Below are positions 48,184-59,038 of a stretch of DNA of 64,000 nucleotides, one piece after another. Source of the stretch: a virus; IMG/VR virus record IMGVR_UViG_3300023223_000669, positions 1-64,000 of that record; one strand, written 5' to 3'. The stretch's first letter is position 1. Each line of letters opens with the position of its first letter. Made by a program: the position numbers and the translations under genes. The notes beneath the pieces were generated by a model. That model saw only the letters and a list, made by a program, of their open reading frames with translations. It was not told the origin of the DNA and did not search any database.

Positions 48184-48377
48184 CGCGGGCCATCTTTGTG
48201 ATTACCTTGCAAGGCGTTGACCACACGAGTACACTCGCTGAAACCCAAACCCGTATGTGCTCGTAGTCTGCGTACGGCGGTAACGTATTTGCCCTCTGAG
48301 ATCAATCGTGCCATCCGATCTAACAATGACTCGGGCTCGGGCTCCTCGCCCGGTGACGATGTAGTTTGTGTTGACAT
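48174..48377 (-). CDS. second L7/L12-CTD-like small protein (overlaps 48202-48594 in another frame)
   Basis: GKYVTAVRRLRAHTGLGFSECTRVV. Confidence 0.5.
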   Translation of the reverse strand: MSTQTTSSPGEEPEPESLLDRMARLISEGKYVTAVRRLRAHTGLGFSECTRVVNALQGNHKDGPRWD

Positions 48378-48873
48378 AAGGCGTCTGTCTCCTAATTTCT
48401 TCTCTGAATTTACGATACTTCTCTATTTCGACAGCCGCCTGCTGTCGAGAGGCGTTTTGGTATACGGTCATCTGCCTTGCGTATGAGCCATACTGCGAAT
48501 ACGCAGGCTGCGGCGGGCGAATAGTACTCTGGCCCTTAACAGAACTACAAAGCACGATTATTAGCAGAGCAAGCCATATAAGTTTGTTCTTCATTTTAAG
48601 CTCCCTGCGGGGGCGTTAGTCCCCGCAACCAATATCCAGTGTCTACATAGTAGTTTCGTTGTGCAAGTATGATAGGTGTTTCCATCGTGCCCGGTTTTCC
48701 ATCGAACTTGTAGACAGCCTTTTCATTGGCTTCATCATATAGAATATCATAGGCGTGTTCGTTGCAACGATACGTCAGGAGTCGGATCGCAGGATCCTCC
48801 TCCTGGGCAGGCTCCGCCGCTCGCTCAAGCTCTTGAGCGAGTATTCGCTCAATGATAGCGTCTACATCACTCA

Positions 48874-49227
48874 TCATCCAAGATCCGTATAGTTGATGTA
48901 GATTTCTTCGCCACTTCTGATGTATCGATTGGCATGGAATGAACCATAGTCATCGGGGACGACATTGGGTATATCCATATGATTGATATACCAACCAATC
49001 GACATACGATGCCAATTCCGAGGACACCACCACCCCTCGTCGGTTTGTAGGGCAAACCGACGAACGAAGAACGCATCCTCATCATCGAGTCGTTTCACAA
49101 GACGCCCACCGCCATCTGCGAACAGCGGCACGACAGTCCCTTTCTTAATTGGCTTGGTTGTAAATATTCCGACGCCTGCGTCGGAAATCTTACTTGGTTT
49201 TAGCATGAGCATGGCGGCACCTACCAA
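48874..49227 (-). CDS. SET-domain protein (lysine methyltransferase-like)
   Basis: PSKISDAGVGIFT, YINH..PNV, ANRYIRSGEEIYINY. Confidence 0.88.
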   Translation of the reverse strand: MVGAAMLMLKPSKISDAGVGIFTTKPIKKGTVVPLFADGGGRLVKRLDDEDAFFVRRFALQTDEGWWCPRNWHRMSIGWYINHMDIPNVVPDDYGSFHANRYIRSGEEIYINYTDLG

Positions 49228-49510
49228 ATATAGAATTCAGAACTAGGACACAACAACACGAGTGCCGCCATACCCAAGATTAGAACAATTTTGATCTTCT
49301 GACCAAGTACAAAGTGTTCTTCTGTTTTATACATCATTACTCTCCAATTCGTCATCGGAGTGTCCACACTCCGGGCACTTTAGGACGGGACGAAGTTCCG
49401 TGTCTTTGGGCGATGGTCCGAAACATCCAAAGTCTCCTGACACAAAAGCCTTACCAGGTTTCATTTCTATCTTACAGCGGGGGCATTTCATTTGTCGCTA
49501 CGCTCCAAGT

Positions 49511-50491
49511 TTACTTGGGCCAAAATACTACCATAGCGTATCCTTCGTAACCGGCCGGATTCCGTTCAACCCGCCAACCGGAGAATCGTCTAATGAGATA
49601 CTCTTCGATATGCTCGTTACCTTTGGCGTCATCGAAACTCACCGAGAGGCCAGTCTTGTTTTCATATACCGTACCTGCAACAGAATCGTTGCGGCGAATA
49701 TACCAATCATCGAGCTTAGTCTCGATCCGTTTCTCCATCGCGTCCGCGATAGCTTGCTCCTCAGGCGTTAATTCAAGTAAATCAGCCAACTTCTCCGCCG
49801 CCTGAGTGGCGGTGACCATAGCTTCGCCGGTTGCTTCTACTTGCTTTCGTAGCTTCTCTAGGCGTTCAGCAGTTTCCGCGAGCCCACCCGTGGGCGGCTC
49901 AACCATGACGCCTTTGGCGAAAATATATTCGCCGGGGGCTTCTCCCGGCGGTACCCCTGTATCTGCGGGATCAGAAGACCGTTTAACGTTTCCTTTCGAA
50001 TCGACTGCGGACACTGTACGTCCGATGTTGGCTCTTATTGCCTTGCCGTTTTCATCAATCATTTTAATGAATGGACCATCTGGATCCTGAGGGGCATTCG
50101 GTCCCTCCTCAGGCATCTTAACGATATTTGTGATTATACGTCGAGGATCGATGATAGCTGTTTCATGCTTTTGCAGACCCTTTTTCAAGGCGTCCATATA
50201 CACTTCGTTCCGCTCGGCGGCAGTTTTCTTGCGTTCCTCAAACGCATCATCCAATGCTTTACTGTGATGCAATTCACAAAACGCCAGACCAGTTTGATCC
50301 GTCAATTGAATAGGAGCATCACCTATAGCATCCTGGTCGCAGTAGTCACATTTGACATTCTTCATAGGTAATCTCACTGTCTTTATCCATCCTCGTGCCT
50401 CGGCGTGCTCCTCACAAAACGAAATGAATTGTCGTTTCGTAATAGAGCCAAATGAACCAACGGCCAGTTTATTGCATAGCTGGCATTTCAT
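49511..50491 (-). CDS. hypothetical multidomain protein with two CxxC..CxxH motifs and a coiled coil
   Basis: CQLC..FCEEH; CDYC..FCELH. Confidence 0.6.
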   Translation of the reverse strand: MKCQLCNKLAVGSFGSITKRQFISFCEEHAEARGWIKTVRLPMKNVKCDYCDQDAIGDAPIQLTDQTGLAFCELHHSKALDDAFEERKKTAAERNEVYMDALKKGLQKHETAIIDPRRIITNIVKMPEEGPNAPQDPDGPFIKMIDENGKAIRANIGRTVSAVDSKGNVKRSSDPADTGVPPGEAPGEYIFAKGVMVEPPTGGLAETAERLEKLRKQVEATGEAMVTATQAAEKLADLLELTPEEQAIADAMEKRIETKLDDWYIRRNDSVAGTVYENKTGLSVSFDDAKGNEHIEEYLIRRFSGWRVERNPAGYEGYAMVVFWPK

Positions 50492-50785
50492 TCTATCTTC
50501 TCCGCATCCACCACGGCCGACGAGACCTCATCGGTCGAGTCGGGCGTAAGCATAAGACCCTCTTGGGCCATTACGATAGCCTCCTCTTGAGAATTAGCTT
50601 CAACAAGATAATTCTCAAGAATCTGCTTTTCTAAGACAACTCGAAAGACGCTCATGATTTTCTCCATAGGCAACAGATAGCACAGAGACACACGGCAGCC
50701 ACATGCTCCAAGTGTCCTTTTGAAGCCTCCAATGACACCATTTGTACCAAAGTGGTGTCATTGAGATATGTCCAAAGTCGGTGGA

Positions 50786-51902
50786 TCATTCTCCGTGTCC
50801 TTTTGCAAGGTCCACTTCAACCATAGCATGATAGAGATTAATCTTAAGTCTTTTGATCTCTCCCGCTGGATCCCATAAACCATATGTCAAATGTACATCG
50901 GCTCTAGGATCCCTTACCCAAAATTCTACTTCCCAAAACCTAAGTCGTAACTTACCGTGTTCAGTTATCCATTGACCATTGATGTTATAACCGTCATAAC
51001 CAGCCTTTTGAAGCACACGATGAATTTTGTCGCGAGTATGACTAGCATCAACACGCACAATGGGAGACGTGAATGAATGCCCAGGGCCACCCTCACAAGA
51101 TGCAAAGGTCTTGATATCGCCCACCATCAGATCGTGAACAATAGGAGCGATCTGATCATCGCACATTGACGTAATGAGTCTGATTTTAGTTTCTTTCTTC
51201 ATTTTTAAGAACCGCACATGCAGATCCGCGACCATCGCGATAGCGACGGATCTCAACCTCAGTTGTCGGGAAATACCGCTTCAAGAACGACATGACTTCA
51301 CGCTTGACGGTCCCTGCGACAAGCAGGGTGTCTTCCGCATAAGCAATATAGATGTAAGTTGATCTAGCCATCGCTATTCAAAGCCTTTGAGAAACCACAC
51401 GTAGTACAAATCAGGACACGATGAATGAATACGTTCAGCGAAATACCTTTCTCAAATTCGGGATGAGGGCATTGTGCTTGCAATTCTTTAGCTTCATCAA
51501 TGAGCTTCTGTGAAGCCGCACCAAGTTCATCTACGCGTTGTTTGATTTGTTCAGGAGTCATTTGTTTTCGTCTAAAAGAAACCTAAGGCCCCACCACTCA
51601 ACCTCTAGAAAATCAAGTTTGTATTCTCGACAATAGATTTTGATATAAAATGCATCATAGCCTACCGCAGATAACACTTGATATGCTCGCCTACTGTCTT
51701 CATCAAGATCCTCGGAATGGAATCGTACTATAGGTTTATTGAAACAATGACCCTTGCCACCACTACAAGACGTAAACGTTTTGAAGCCTGCTTCGCGAAG
51801 CAGAGTGACAACGGGTCGGATTTCAACATCAACCTGAGTAATGTCGAATTCATGATCATCCATACACTTCATGGAGATAGGCGGTTCAGATTGTACCTTC
51901 AT
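50786..51902 (-). CDS. two paralogous TYW3-like proteins (50786-51256, 51558-51902) with small ORFs between them
   Basis: IAPIV..L...IKTFASCEGGPGH and IRPVV..L...FKTFTSCSGGKGH. Confidence 0.5.
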
Positions 51903-51906
51903 GCCA

Positions 51907-52986
51907 TTAAAACCCTACCGCCGCAAGACCAAATTGACGACTGATATCAACTTCATTTTTCATATATCGTTTCCCGTACTTCTGCATATCAATATGTTGT
52001 CTAAGCTTCATAAGCTCCGCTTGTTTCACCGTTGACATGCCTTGAAACTGATCAACGAAGTGCCGTTCTTCATATTGCCATTGTGTCCATAGATTCAAGG
52101 CATATTCATACATCAATGGTTCAAGATAAATGAAATCAAAACAACGTCCGTCGCGTGTTAAGGCTGGATCAACTGTTACCAGTTGTTGATTTGTTGTAAT
52201 AATAATTTTGGCACGTCCCTCAAACAATCCATCAGAATATGATAGCAAATGTGACAGGAATTTTTTGCCCTTTTCAGTCTCACGATTTAGTAAATCAACA
52301 TTGATATCGTCAAGAACTAATGCATGAAACTCGCCGAATGTAACAGCGTGCCAAAAAGCATCTGCTAACAAAATATCTTCACTATTGACATAACCAACAG
52401 TATCACCCAAGTATTGACGCAACAACAATTTAATAAAAGTGGTCTTGCCAACACCCGGTTCTCCTGCCAACACTAGTAATGATTCTGATGATGCTTGATA
52501 ATCCTCAACCAACATTGTACTGTCAATATTGGGATATAGATTTGGATCTATAACAAATTCGTCTGGACTAATGTTTTTAATGTTCCAGGAGTCTGGTTTA
52601 TAAAAAAATCGTAATGAGACTTGATCTTTCTCATCAGGAAAAGCCATATATGTACTTATAGACTTTAGAAAATCATATGTGTCTTCATCACTAACCATCT
52701 TAGTAAAAACAAAAGCAATCGTGTGAGAGAACATCAAGTAGATATCTTCCAGATCAACAAAAACGACATGATACGGTGAACTAAAATCAGCAAATCGATG
52801 AATAGCTTTTGCCGTTACAGCAAGATGATCTAGAATCACATTAACATCTTTTACTTCTATTTGGGTTATATAACGATACCCTTCATACCGCAGCGATGTT
52901 ATTTTAGACTGAATAGTATGAGACGGCGACATTTGGGTCGCGTAAGGAACACATTCAATAGGCGGTTTTTGATATTCTATTTTCAT
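51907..52986 (-). CDS. AAA+ ATPase
   Basis: LAGEPGVGKT, LVLDD, IIITTN, DPALTRDGRCFD. Confidence 0.85.
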   Translation of the reverse strand: MKIEYQKPPIECVPYATQMSPSHTIQSKITSLRYEGYRYITQIEVKDVNVILDHLAVTAKAIHRFADFSSPYHVVFVDLEDIYLMFSHTIAFVFTKMVSDEDTYDFLKSISTYMAFPDEKDQVSLRFFYKPDSWNIKNISPDEFVIDPNLYPNIDSTMLVEDYQASSESLLVLAGEPGVGKTTFIKLLLRQYLGDTVGYVNSEDILLADAFWHAVTFGEFHALVLDDINVDLLNRETEKGKKFLSHLLSYSDGLFEGRAKIIITTNQQLVTVDPALTRDGRCFDFIYLEPLMYEYALNLWTQWQYEERHFVDQFQGMSTVKQAELMKLRQHIDMQKYGKRYMKNEVDISRQFGLAAVGF

Positions 52987-53309
52987 CGGTTTATTAGATA
53001 AATTGAATCGAGTTTTAAGCCAGAGGCTATCTCTAGAAAGTCTTTACAAGTCCAATCTGCAATAGCATATGAACGACGGCCATTTGTTCCACTAAGAATA
53101 TATTTAGATGATTGTCCACAACCACAACAACAAAATTGGTAATTAAAGAACCATGTCCTGCTTGGTCGTGCCATCACGCCTTCAATTTTCCAAGCAGAAT
53201 ACCAACGGCCAACAATGGCCAAGCGATCATGCTCATGGCAAGAGTCATAAAGCCATAGGACGGCAGAAATCGCGTGAACCACACACCCACCAGGAGATAA
53301 AGAACAATT

Positions 53310-53948
53310 TCAAGCATCGTTCCAACCTCGCGGAGCGAGAATATATCGCAGATCACCCGTAAGCTCTACGGGGCCGCCATACGTATCCACTCCTACATCG
53401 TAACGATTCTCTACATGCGGCAGATGAGATTTCGTCCATACGCCATTCGGGAATACCGTATGTTCCTCTGTTACCCGCTCGGGCGTGGGCACGACTTCGA
53501 CGTGAACATGCCCATGCAGACGCACAGAGCCATGGAACCGGCCATTCCAATCACCCATAGGATAATGGCACATTACGAACGAGGTCCCCTCGTGAGTAAG
53601 CTCGTATATATCGGGCAGAATATCAACATACAAGTCTTCGTAGTCCTCTACGATCTTTTTTAAGCCAAGCTGCTTATATTTCTTATTGGGCTGATCATGA
53701 TTCCCAGGAATCATTAGCTTATAACCATTGAGTTGACGAAGGATGTCTAGCACAAACTGCTCGTCTACTCCTGGTCCCATAGCAAGGTCCCCGAGGAAGT
53801 ATACTACATCCTCGGGAGTTACCCGAGAATTCCACCGCTCGATGAGAGCGGCGTTCATTACTACGACAGACTCAAACGGTCTGTCGCAGTAGCGAATGAT
53901 ATTTTTGTGCCCGAAATGCGTGTCCGAGCACATGAAGACTTTACTCAT
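53310..53948 (-). CDS. calcineurin-like metallophosphoesterase
   Basis: SDTHFGH, YFLGD, GNHD, CHYP, LHGHVH, DVGVD. Confidence 0.92.
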   Translation of the reverse strand: MSKVFMCSDTHFGHKNIIRYCDRPFESVVVMNAALIERWNSRVTPEDVVYFLGDLAMGPGVDEQFVLDILRQLNGYKLMIPGNHDQPNKKYKQLGLKKIVEDYEDLYVDILPDIYELTHEGTSFVMCHYPMGDWNGRFHGSVRLHGHVHVEVVPTPERVTEEHTVFPNGVWTKSHLPHVENRYDVGVDTYGGPVELTGDLRYILAPRGWNDA

Positions 53949-54829
53949 GATTCTGATTTGGCACTCGGGCGTTCGGTTCCATGTAAGCAGATTTAACGCC
54001 CGTGCTGTTCGGCATCATAATGAGTTCAAAAAATTCGTCCAGATAAGGGTCCTGGCGATTAGCCAGATACTCGCGAGCTTGCCCCATTCTAGAAGCGTCT
54101 CCGGATAGCCAAGCCAGCATTGTTTTGTCGAAGGACTGAATCAATCTGCGACGGATATCCTCAGCGTCCGTTGAAGAAATAGTAATGTGAGGAACTTGGT
54201 CATGTTCATACGGCTTGTTCCAAACACAAAGAGCCGTAGTGAGTGTAATACCCTCTGGCCGGATAACCGGCTGTTCGTTCTTTTGAGGGCGACGAACGAA
54301 CGGCAGGAAGCCGAAAAGACCCATGAAAAATCGTCTGTTCATTCTATTTTACCTGTTGATTCTGAGGCCAAGACATTGATTCGGCCATTTGATCTTCGGT
54401 CATCCAGAAGCGACCATCGCCGCCGTTTAAGATGCCAACGAGATACCTGTCTGTTACTTCATCGATATAAAGGAAACGACCAGCCATCATGAATATGTGT
54501 CCAGCCTCATACCTTGGCATTCCGGATACAAACGGAAGAGTCCAATCTATTTCTTGCTCTGGCGTCTGACAAGACGCCGCAGTATACCCGATAATTGCCA
54601 CGATGGCAAGTAAAATCTTAGACATGTTTCTTCCAAATTGTGTCCATATAGTCTATCATGTCATCAATAGATTCGCGACTGTTGATGCTTGGGAAGCGAC
54701 CTTGCAGCATACGGCGAGCCTCGGTCAAACATCTGAGTATTTGACGGAGTGAATCTTTAGGCATGTCGTCTATCGGCTGTAAGGCCGGGAACACAGTGGT
54801 CGATCCATCAATGTGTTTCCAAGTAATCA

Positions 54830-55810
54830 TTATACAATGATCCTTTCGTCAGCAATATAGTCACACATGATCTCCACGAGGAAGTTGTCCCAAAATTTCA
54901 TATCTACCTTGTCAGGCAGATCACTCTCGCTGGCTAGTCGTTCCACGAACGCGAGGTCGTGATCTAAGATACGTTGGACATATTCAAGCGGACGTTCGCC
55001 TCGTTTGATGGCGAGCAACAAGGGAGCATCTATGAGTGGGAAATACACACGACCATAGGTCAGGATCTCAATCAATTCCTTAGACACCCGAACCGCGTGG
55101 CTAAGGGCCTTCCAATCAACGCCGCCCGCTTCGCGTGCAGCGTTAGCTCTCTTGCCGTAACGATCCAGAGTATTACATACGGCTTCATGCACAAGATACA
55201 GTGGCGTGCTTTCACCGAACCATTTACCTGCAATCTGTAGCTCACGGATACCTTGCGGATTCGTACGTTCGTCGTCCTTCGGTAGTTTGTCCCAACCACA
55301 CCAACTCAATAGTGGTACTGTGTCACCAACAAGACAATCCGGCACTACTAAAGCGTCACGAAACTCGATTAGCTTATCTAGCCTCGATCCTTTCAGACTG
55401 TATTTCGTGGCTTGCCCACGAGCGTAACCAATAAACGCATTCATTTTCTTGCTCAGGAGCAAGGAACGATGCTCCTGAATACGATCCCACACCCATCCAT
55501 AGTCCCCTCGGAAAGTGCAACTTTCCGGTGCGAAAAGCATATCGATAGCTACGGTTTGCCCCTGCGTTGCCAAACGCAAGAAGTGATGTAAACTATAATA
55601 CTCACAGTCTAGCTCGCCCGCTTTGTTTTTACGGGTGTCGTCCTTAGGCGTGGAGGCGGCAGTTTTTGGGATCCTGCCCAAAAAGATCTGTTCCACCGTA
55701 GGTAGAAAGATCCCCTTGAAATCGAGATCAGATGTCTCGGTCGCCGTCCCATACAGGTGGCTACCGAACGTCGTCTCGCAAATCAGGTTCGTTGGTTTTT
55801 CAGTCATCAC
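54830..55810 (-). CDS. DNA pol beta-superfamily nucleotidyltransferase (RlaP/NrdC.10-like)
   Basis: FGSHLYGT...SDLDFKGIFLP; DWKALSHAVR. Confidence 0.85.
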   Translation of the reverse strand: MMTEKPTNLICETTFGSHLYGTATETSDLDFKGIFLPTVEQIFLGRIPKTAASTPKDDTRKNKAGELDCEYYSLHHFLRLATQGQTVAIDMLFAPESCTFRGDYGWVWDRIQEHRSLLLSKKMNAFIGYARGQATKYSLKGSRLDKLIEFRDALVVPDCLVGDTVPLLSWCGWDKLPKDDERTNPQGIRELQIAGKWFGESTPLYLVHEAVCNTLDRYGKRANAAREAGGVDWKALSHAVRVSKELIEILTYGRVYFPLIDAPLLLAIKRGERPLEYVQRILDHDLAFVERLASESDLPDKVDMKFWDNFLVEIMCDYIADERIIV

Positions 55811-56111
55811 CAGGAACCAAATCCAGATCCAAGGCTTCTCTCAGGTCACGATCTAATGCAATCCTATCCAACATGTCCTGGATTTGTCCAGCCGTTGCTA
55901 TGGATTCTTCGCCTTGGTCATTGGTAAACGTATAAATACGCACAACCTCAGAACTTGTAAGAATATACACATGGGAACCATGTATGTCGCACGGAGTATC
56001 AAGCACAGGCCCTTCTTCAAACACGACGGGTACAATGTCATCAGCGGTAACTAGCGGCGTAGTAGAGCAGCCAAGAACAGCTACAAGACTAAGGAGTAAA
56101 AGATTTCGCAT
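55800..56111 (-). CDS. putative lipoprotein
   Basis: MRNLLLLSLVAVLGC lipobox. Confidence 0.65.
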   Translation of the reverse strand: MRNLLLLSLVAVLGCSTTPLVTADDIVPVVFEEGPVLDTPCDIHGSHVYILTSSEVVRIYTFTNDQGEESIATAGQIQDMLDRIALDRDLREALDLDLVPGDD

Positions 56112-56592
56112 TTCTAATTATATCATCAGGATTGAATTTATGGACCGTGCGGCCCCTGATTCCCGCATAGTCTAAACAGTTTTTCGTACCACCCTTGGCT
56201 CCATTCCAGTAGGCAGCCAACTCATCACAATTGTCTACCATCCATTCGTTGCGTGTCTGTAATTTCGACGCAGCATATCCAGGCTCGCAAATATACAACA
56301 CCTGGGTACATTTGTCAAGTAATTTCTGGTATTCTTGTCGCGAAACACCAGGCCACTTCGCGTCATACCCTTCAAATGGTAGAGCAACAGTTACAGGCAA
56401 ATCTAGATGAAAACCGACTTCAATCCAAAACTGATCAATACCCAAGGCTCCCCCGGAGATCAACCCGGGTCGCTCCTCAGGCAATGCCTGTAGGAAGTCT
56501 CGCATATGTCTACGGATAGCCCGAAAATTCTCGTGGGCATCATAGCCACCAAGCTTATCCGGTCTATGTCCTGTCACCGCGTATGTTGTCAT
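56089..56592 (-). CDS. YspA/DUF1273-type SLOG protein
   Basis: AVTGHRPDKL, ISGGALGIDQ, RNEWMVD, GGTKNC. Confidence 0.88.
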   Translation of the reverse strand: MTTYAVTGHRPDKLGGYDAHENFRAIRRHMRDFLQALPEERPGLISGGALGIDQFWIEVGFHLDLPVTVALPFEGYDAKWPGVSRQEYQKLLDKCTQVLYICEPGYAASKLQTRNEWMVDNCDELAAYWNGAKGGTKNCLDYAGIRGRTVHKFNPDDIIRNAKSFTP

Positions 56593-57128
56593 CTTGCTTC
56601 CTCTACCTGACGAGACTGTACTTCCGCAGGCTCCCATGTACGATTACGGTAGAAACCCCATGTTCGTCTTTTCAAGCCAAAGCGAATAAAGAGACTCCAT
56701 GTACCTTCCTGTCCTTCCGGAATGGTAATTCTATGTGCCGCATGTTTTGAACGCACATGAAGCAGGGGGTGTAATGGGCGACGAAGCTTCATGATAGAAG
56801 GACCATATGGCACATTCTGTCGTTCTGGCATTTCTTCGTTGTATGCTCCAGCTAAAAGCACACTGACGCTATTCCAGGGATGGTCATGTAGACCATCATT
56901 ATCATCTGCCCAAAAACGATGAATGTAGATACCTACCCAGGGTGTCGAGAAAATATAGAATCGCTCAAGATAGTCCTCCTCTGCTCCGCCGCGTTCCCGA
57001 GGAATCATACGGCGGCCACCAATACGGACCCTCTTGCGAAAAAAGTTCCGTGTACCCACACGTTCTAGCAGAGCGGCGAACCGCTCGAACCATCGTTGTT
57101 TAGGCTCTCCAGAGGTCTTCGTCGTCAT
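56589..57128 (-). CDS. cupin-like phage protein
   Basis: YLERFY, IYIHRF, LHDHPW, GAYNEE, HRI. Confidence 0.7.
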   Translation of the reverse strand: MTTKTSGEPKQRWFERFAALLERVGTRNFFRKRVRIGGRRMIPRERGGAEEDYLERFYIFSTPWVGIYIHRFWADDNDGLHDHPWNSVSVLLAGAYNEEMPERQNVPYGPSIMKLRRPLHPLLHVRSKHAAHRITIPEGQEGTWSLFIRFGLKRRTWGFYRNRTWEPAEVQSRQVEEAR

Positions 57129-57627
57129 AGCGTCTACCTTCGTCTTGAAGGTCGAGTTCTTCGTTCACTACATTATGACGTGTATCTGGTATCGTGTCAA
57201 CCTGAATTCCGGCCTTCTGCACAAGTTCTATCCCAGCAGTATCAGGATAATCTTCATACGATTTATAAATCCGAGAATAGACAATCCTCTTGATGCCCGC
57301 CTGAATGATCAGTTTTGCACACTCAAAGCAGGGTGATAATACACAATACAATGTAGACCCTACAGAGCTATTGGTACTGCAAGCAACCTTTGCAATTGCA
57401 TTAGATTCAGCATGGAGACATTCCTGTTTAGTGACAAGACCATCTGGTCCCCCAATCTCACAACAGTTATCAAAACCCGAAGGCGTACCATTCACGCCCT
57501 CAGCAATAATTCCGCCCTTAGGCGAAACGAGAATAGCTCCCACTTGGTATCGCTTTGCATGCGATAGTTGTGCCATTGCGTATGCACATTCCATATACGC
57601 TTTGTCGAGGTTCGCCTGATTAGCCAT
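57100..57627 (-). CDS. dCMP deaminase
   Basis: QVGAILV, GVNGTPSG, LHAESNAI, LSPCFECAKLIIQAGI. Confidence 0.93.
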   Translation of the reverse strand: MANQANLDKAYMECAYAMAQLSHAKRYQVGAILVSPKGGIIAEGVNGTPSGFDNCCEIGGPDGLVTKQECLHAESNAIAKVACSTNSSVGSTLYCVLSPCFECAKLIIQAGIKRIVYSRIYKSYEDYPDTAGIELVQKAGIQVDTIPDTRHNVVNEELDLQDEGRRYDDEDLWRA

Positions 57628-58182
57628 GTTTACATGCCGCCTTTGCCTCCAGGATGAGGTCTATCAGTAGTGTATTTGAACTCTGCGAAGAATCGTTCGA
57701 TATAGGTTTGCTTAATTCGTTCATAAATGGCCTCGGCATTTAACTCGGGCGTATCAGCACTAGCCGCTCTAATCTGACGAGCAAGCTCTGATAGAGTAGC
57801 ATTCAAATCAGTAAGTTGATGTGCAATACGAACAGCAATTTGTTGGGCTGTAGCCCTGCTCGTCAGATGAAGTAATTCCTGTAGCTTGTCTTTGAGTTCC
57901 GGCATAAAGTTTGCCACAAGACGCTGTTGGGCATCATACGCCTTGCGTTTCATGACAATCTCTTTCGGCTCATCTGCCATGATAAAATCGCCGCCATGCT
58001 CCGTGGGGCGGTTGTATACATCGTTTGCTTTTAGTGGCGAATCCGCTTCAACCATTATACCCGTATATGTCATTGTCGCCGGTTTGAATCCATTGATAGC
58101 AAACCCTGCCGCGTCCTCAGAAGCAACATAAGCATAAGTTCGATTCTCGGGAGTATTTCCCATCACGGCATATACAAAGTAT

Positions 58183-58635
58183 TTAGTCATCATACTGTAC
58201 CAACACAAAACGATCTCCCTCTAGGAGAGAATCAACGACAGGGCGAACTTGTCGTTCCCAATCCAGACCGCCCAAGCCACAGCCTAGCGTGGGCAAGAAA
58301 ATGGTATTGCCATGGCCCACGCTAGAGAGCAATCTAGCAAAACTACTAAGCTCTGTACAACCACGTTCGATCCATTCAAGCCGCGATGGATCACGCCAGT
58401 TGTGTTTGGTAGGCATACAAATCACGGGTCGATGCACAAATAAGATATCGTTCAATAACCGAATATGATCAGCAAGTTCCTTAGGTAGTTCAGGAAACCG
58501 TCTTGCCGCTTCTTTGGCCATACCCGCACCCATAACAGCATTACCATCACGACGTAGTGTTGTATTTGTAGGAACAACTACCCAGCCATCTGCATCATGA
58601 GCTATCTGCCAAATATCACCCTTTGCGTATTTCAT
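58183..58635 (-). CDS. macrodomain (ADP-ribose processing) protein
   Basis: KGDIW, VVPTN, VMGAGMAK, PTKHNW, LPTLGCGLGGLDW. Confidence 0.88.
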   Translation of the reverse strand: MKYAKGDIWQIAHDADGWVVVPTNTTLRRDGNAVMGAGMAKEAARRFPELPKELADHIRLLNDILFVHRPVICMPTKHNWRDPSRLEWIERGCTELSSFARLLSSVGHGNTIFLPTLGCGLGGLDWERQVRPVVDSLLEGDRFVLVQYDD

Positions 58636-58704
58636 CGTTACTCACATTATACCGCCACGTCAACATAAGTCAACTTAATGTGGCAATATTTTACGTCTTA
58701 CGAC

Positions 58705-59034
58705 CTAGACAGAAAAACTTTCCCCACAGCCACATGAGTTCCTAGCGTTCGGATTCGTGAACTTGAACCCGCGACCCATCAAGCTGGTTTCAAAATCAAT
58801 CTGAATCCCGTGCAAGTAGAGAAAACTCTTGGGGTCACAAACGACCTGGATGCCTTCTTGCTCAAAGACTTGATCTATCTCAGAAGGAGCTTCATTATCG
58901 AAACCAAGAGTGTATGAAAATCCTGAGCATCCTCCGCCTTTAACACCAACGCGAAGATATGCGTTCTGTCCAAGGTTTTGCTCAGCCATGATACGTGTTA
59001 TTTCTAAAACAGCTCTGCCAGTAAGTGTAATCAT
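58705..59034 (-). CDS. iscA: Fe-S cluster A-type carrier
   Basis: LRVGVKGGGCSGFSY, CGCGESF. Confidence 0.95.
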   Translation of the reverse strand: MITLTGRAVLEITRIMAEQNLGQNAYLRVGVKGGGCSGFSYTLGFDNEAPSEIDQVFEQEGIQVVCDPKSFLYLHGIQIDFETSLMGRGFKFTNPNARNSCGCGESFSV

Positions 59035-59038
59035 TGTA

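Noticed and set aside
57668-57675. TAGTGTAT copy at 57668, and minus-strand copies near 7082 and 45386
   Set aside because: Inside coding sequence or with no suitable downstream ORF; compatible with chance, so not counted as promoters.
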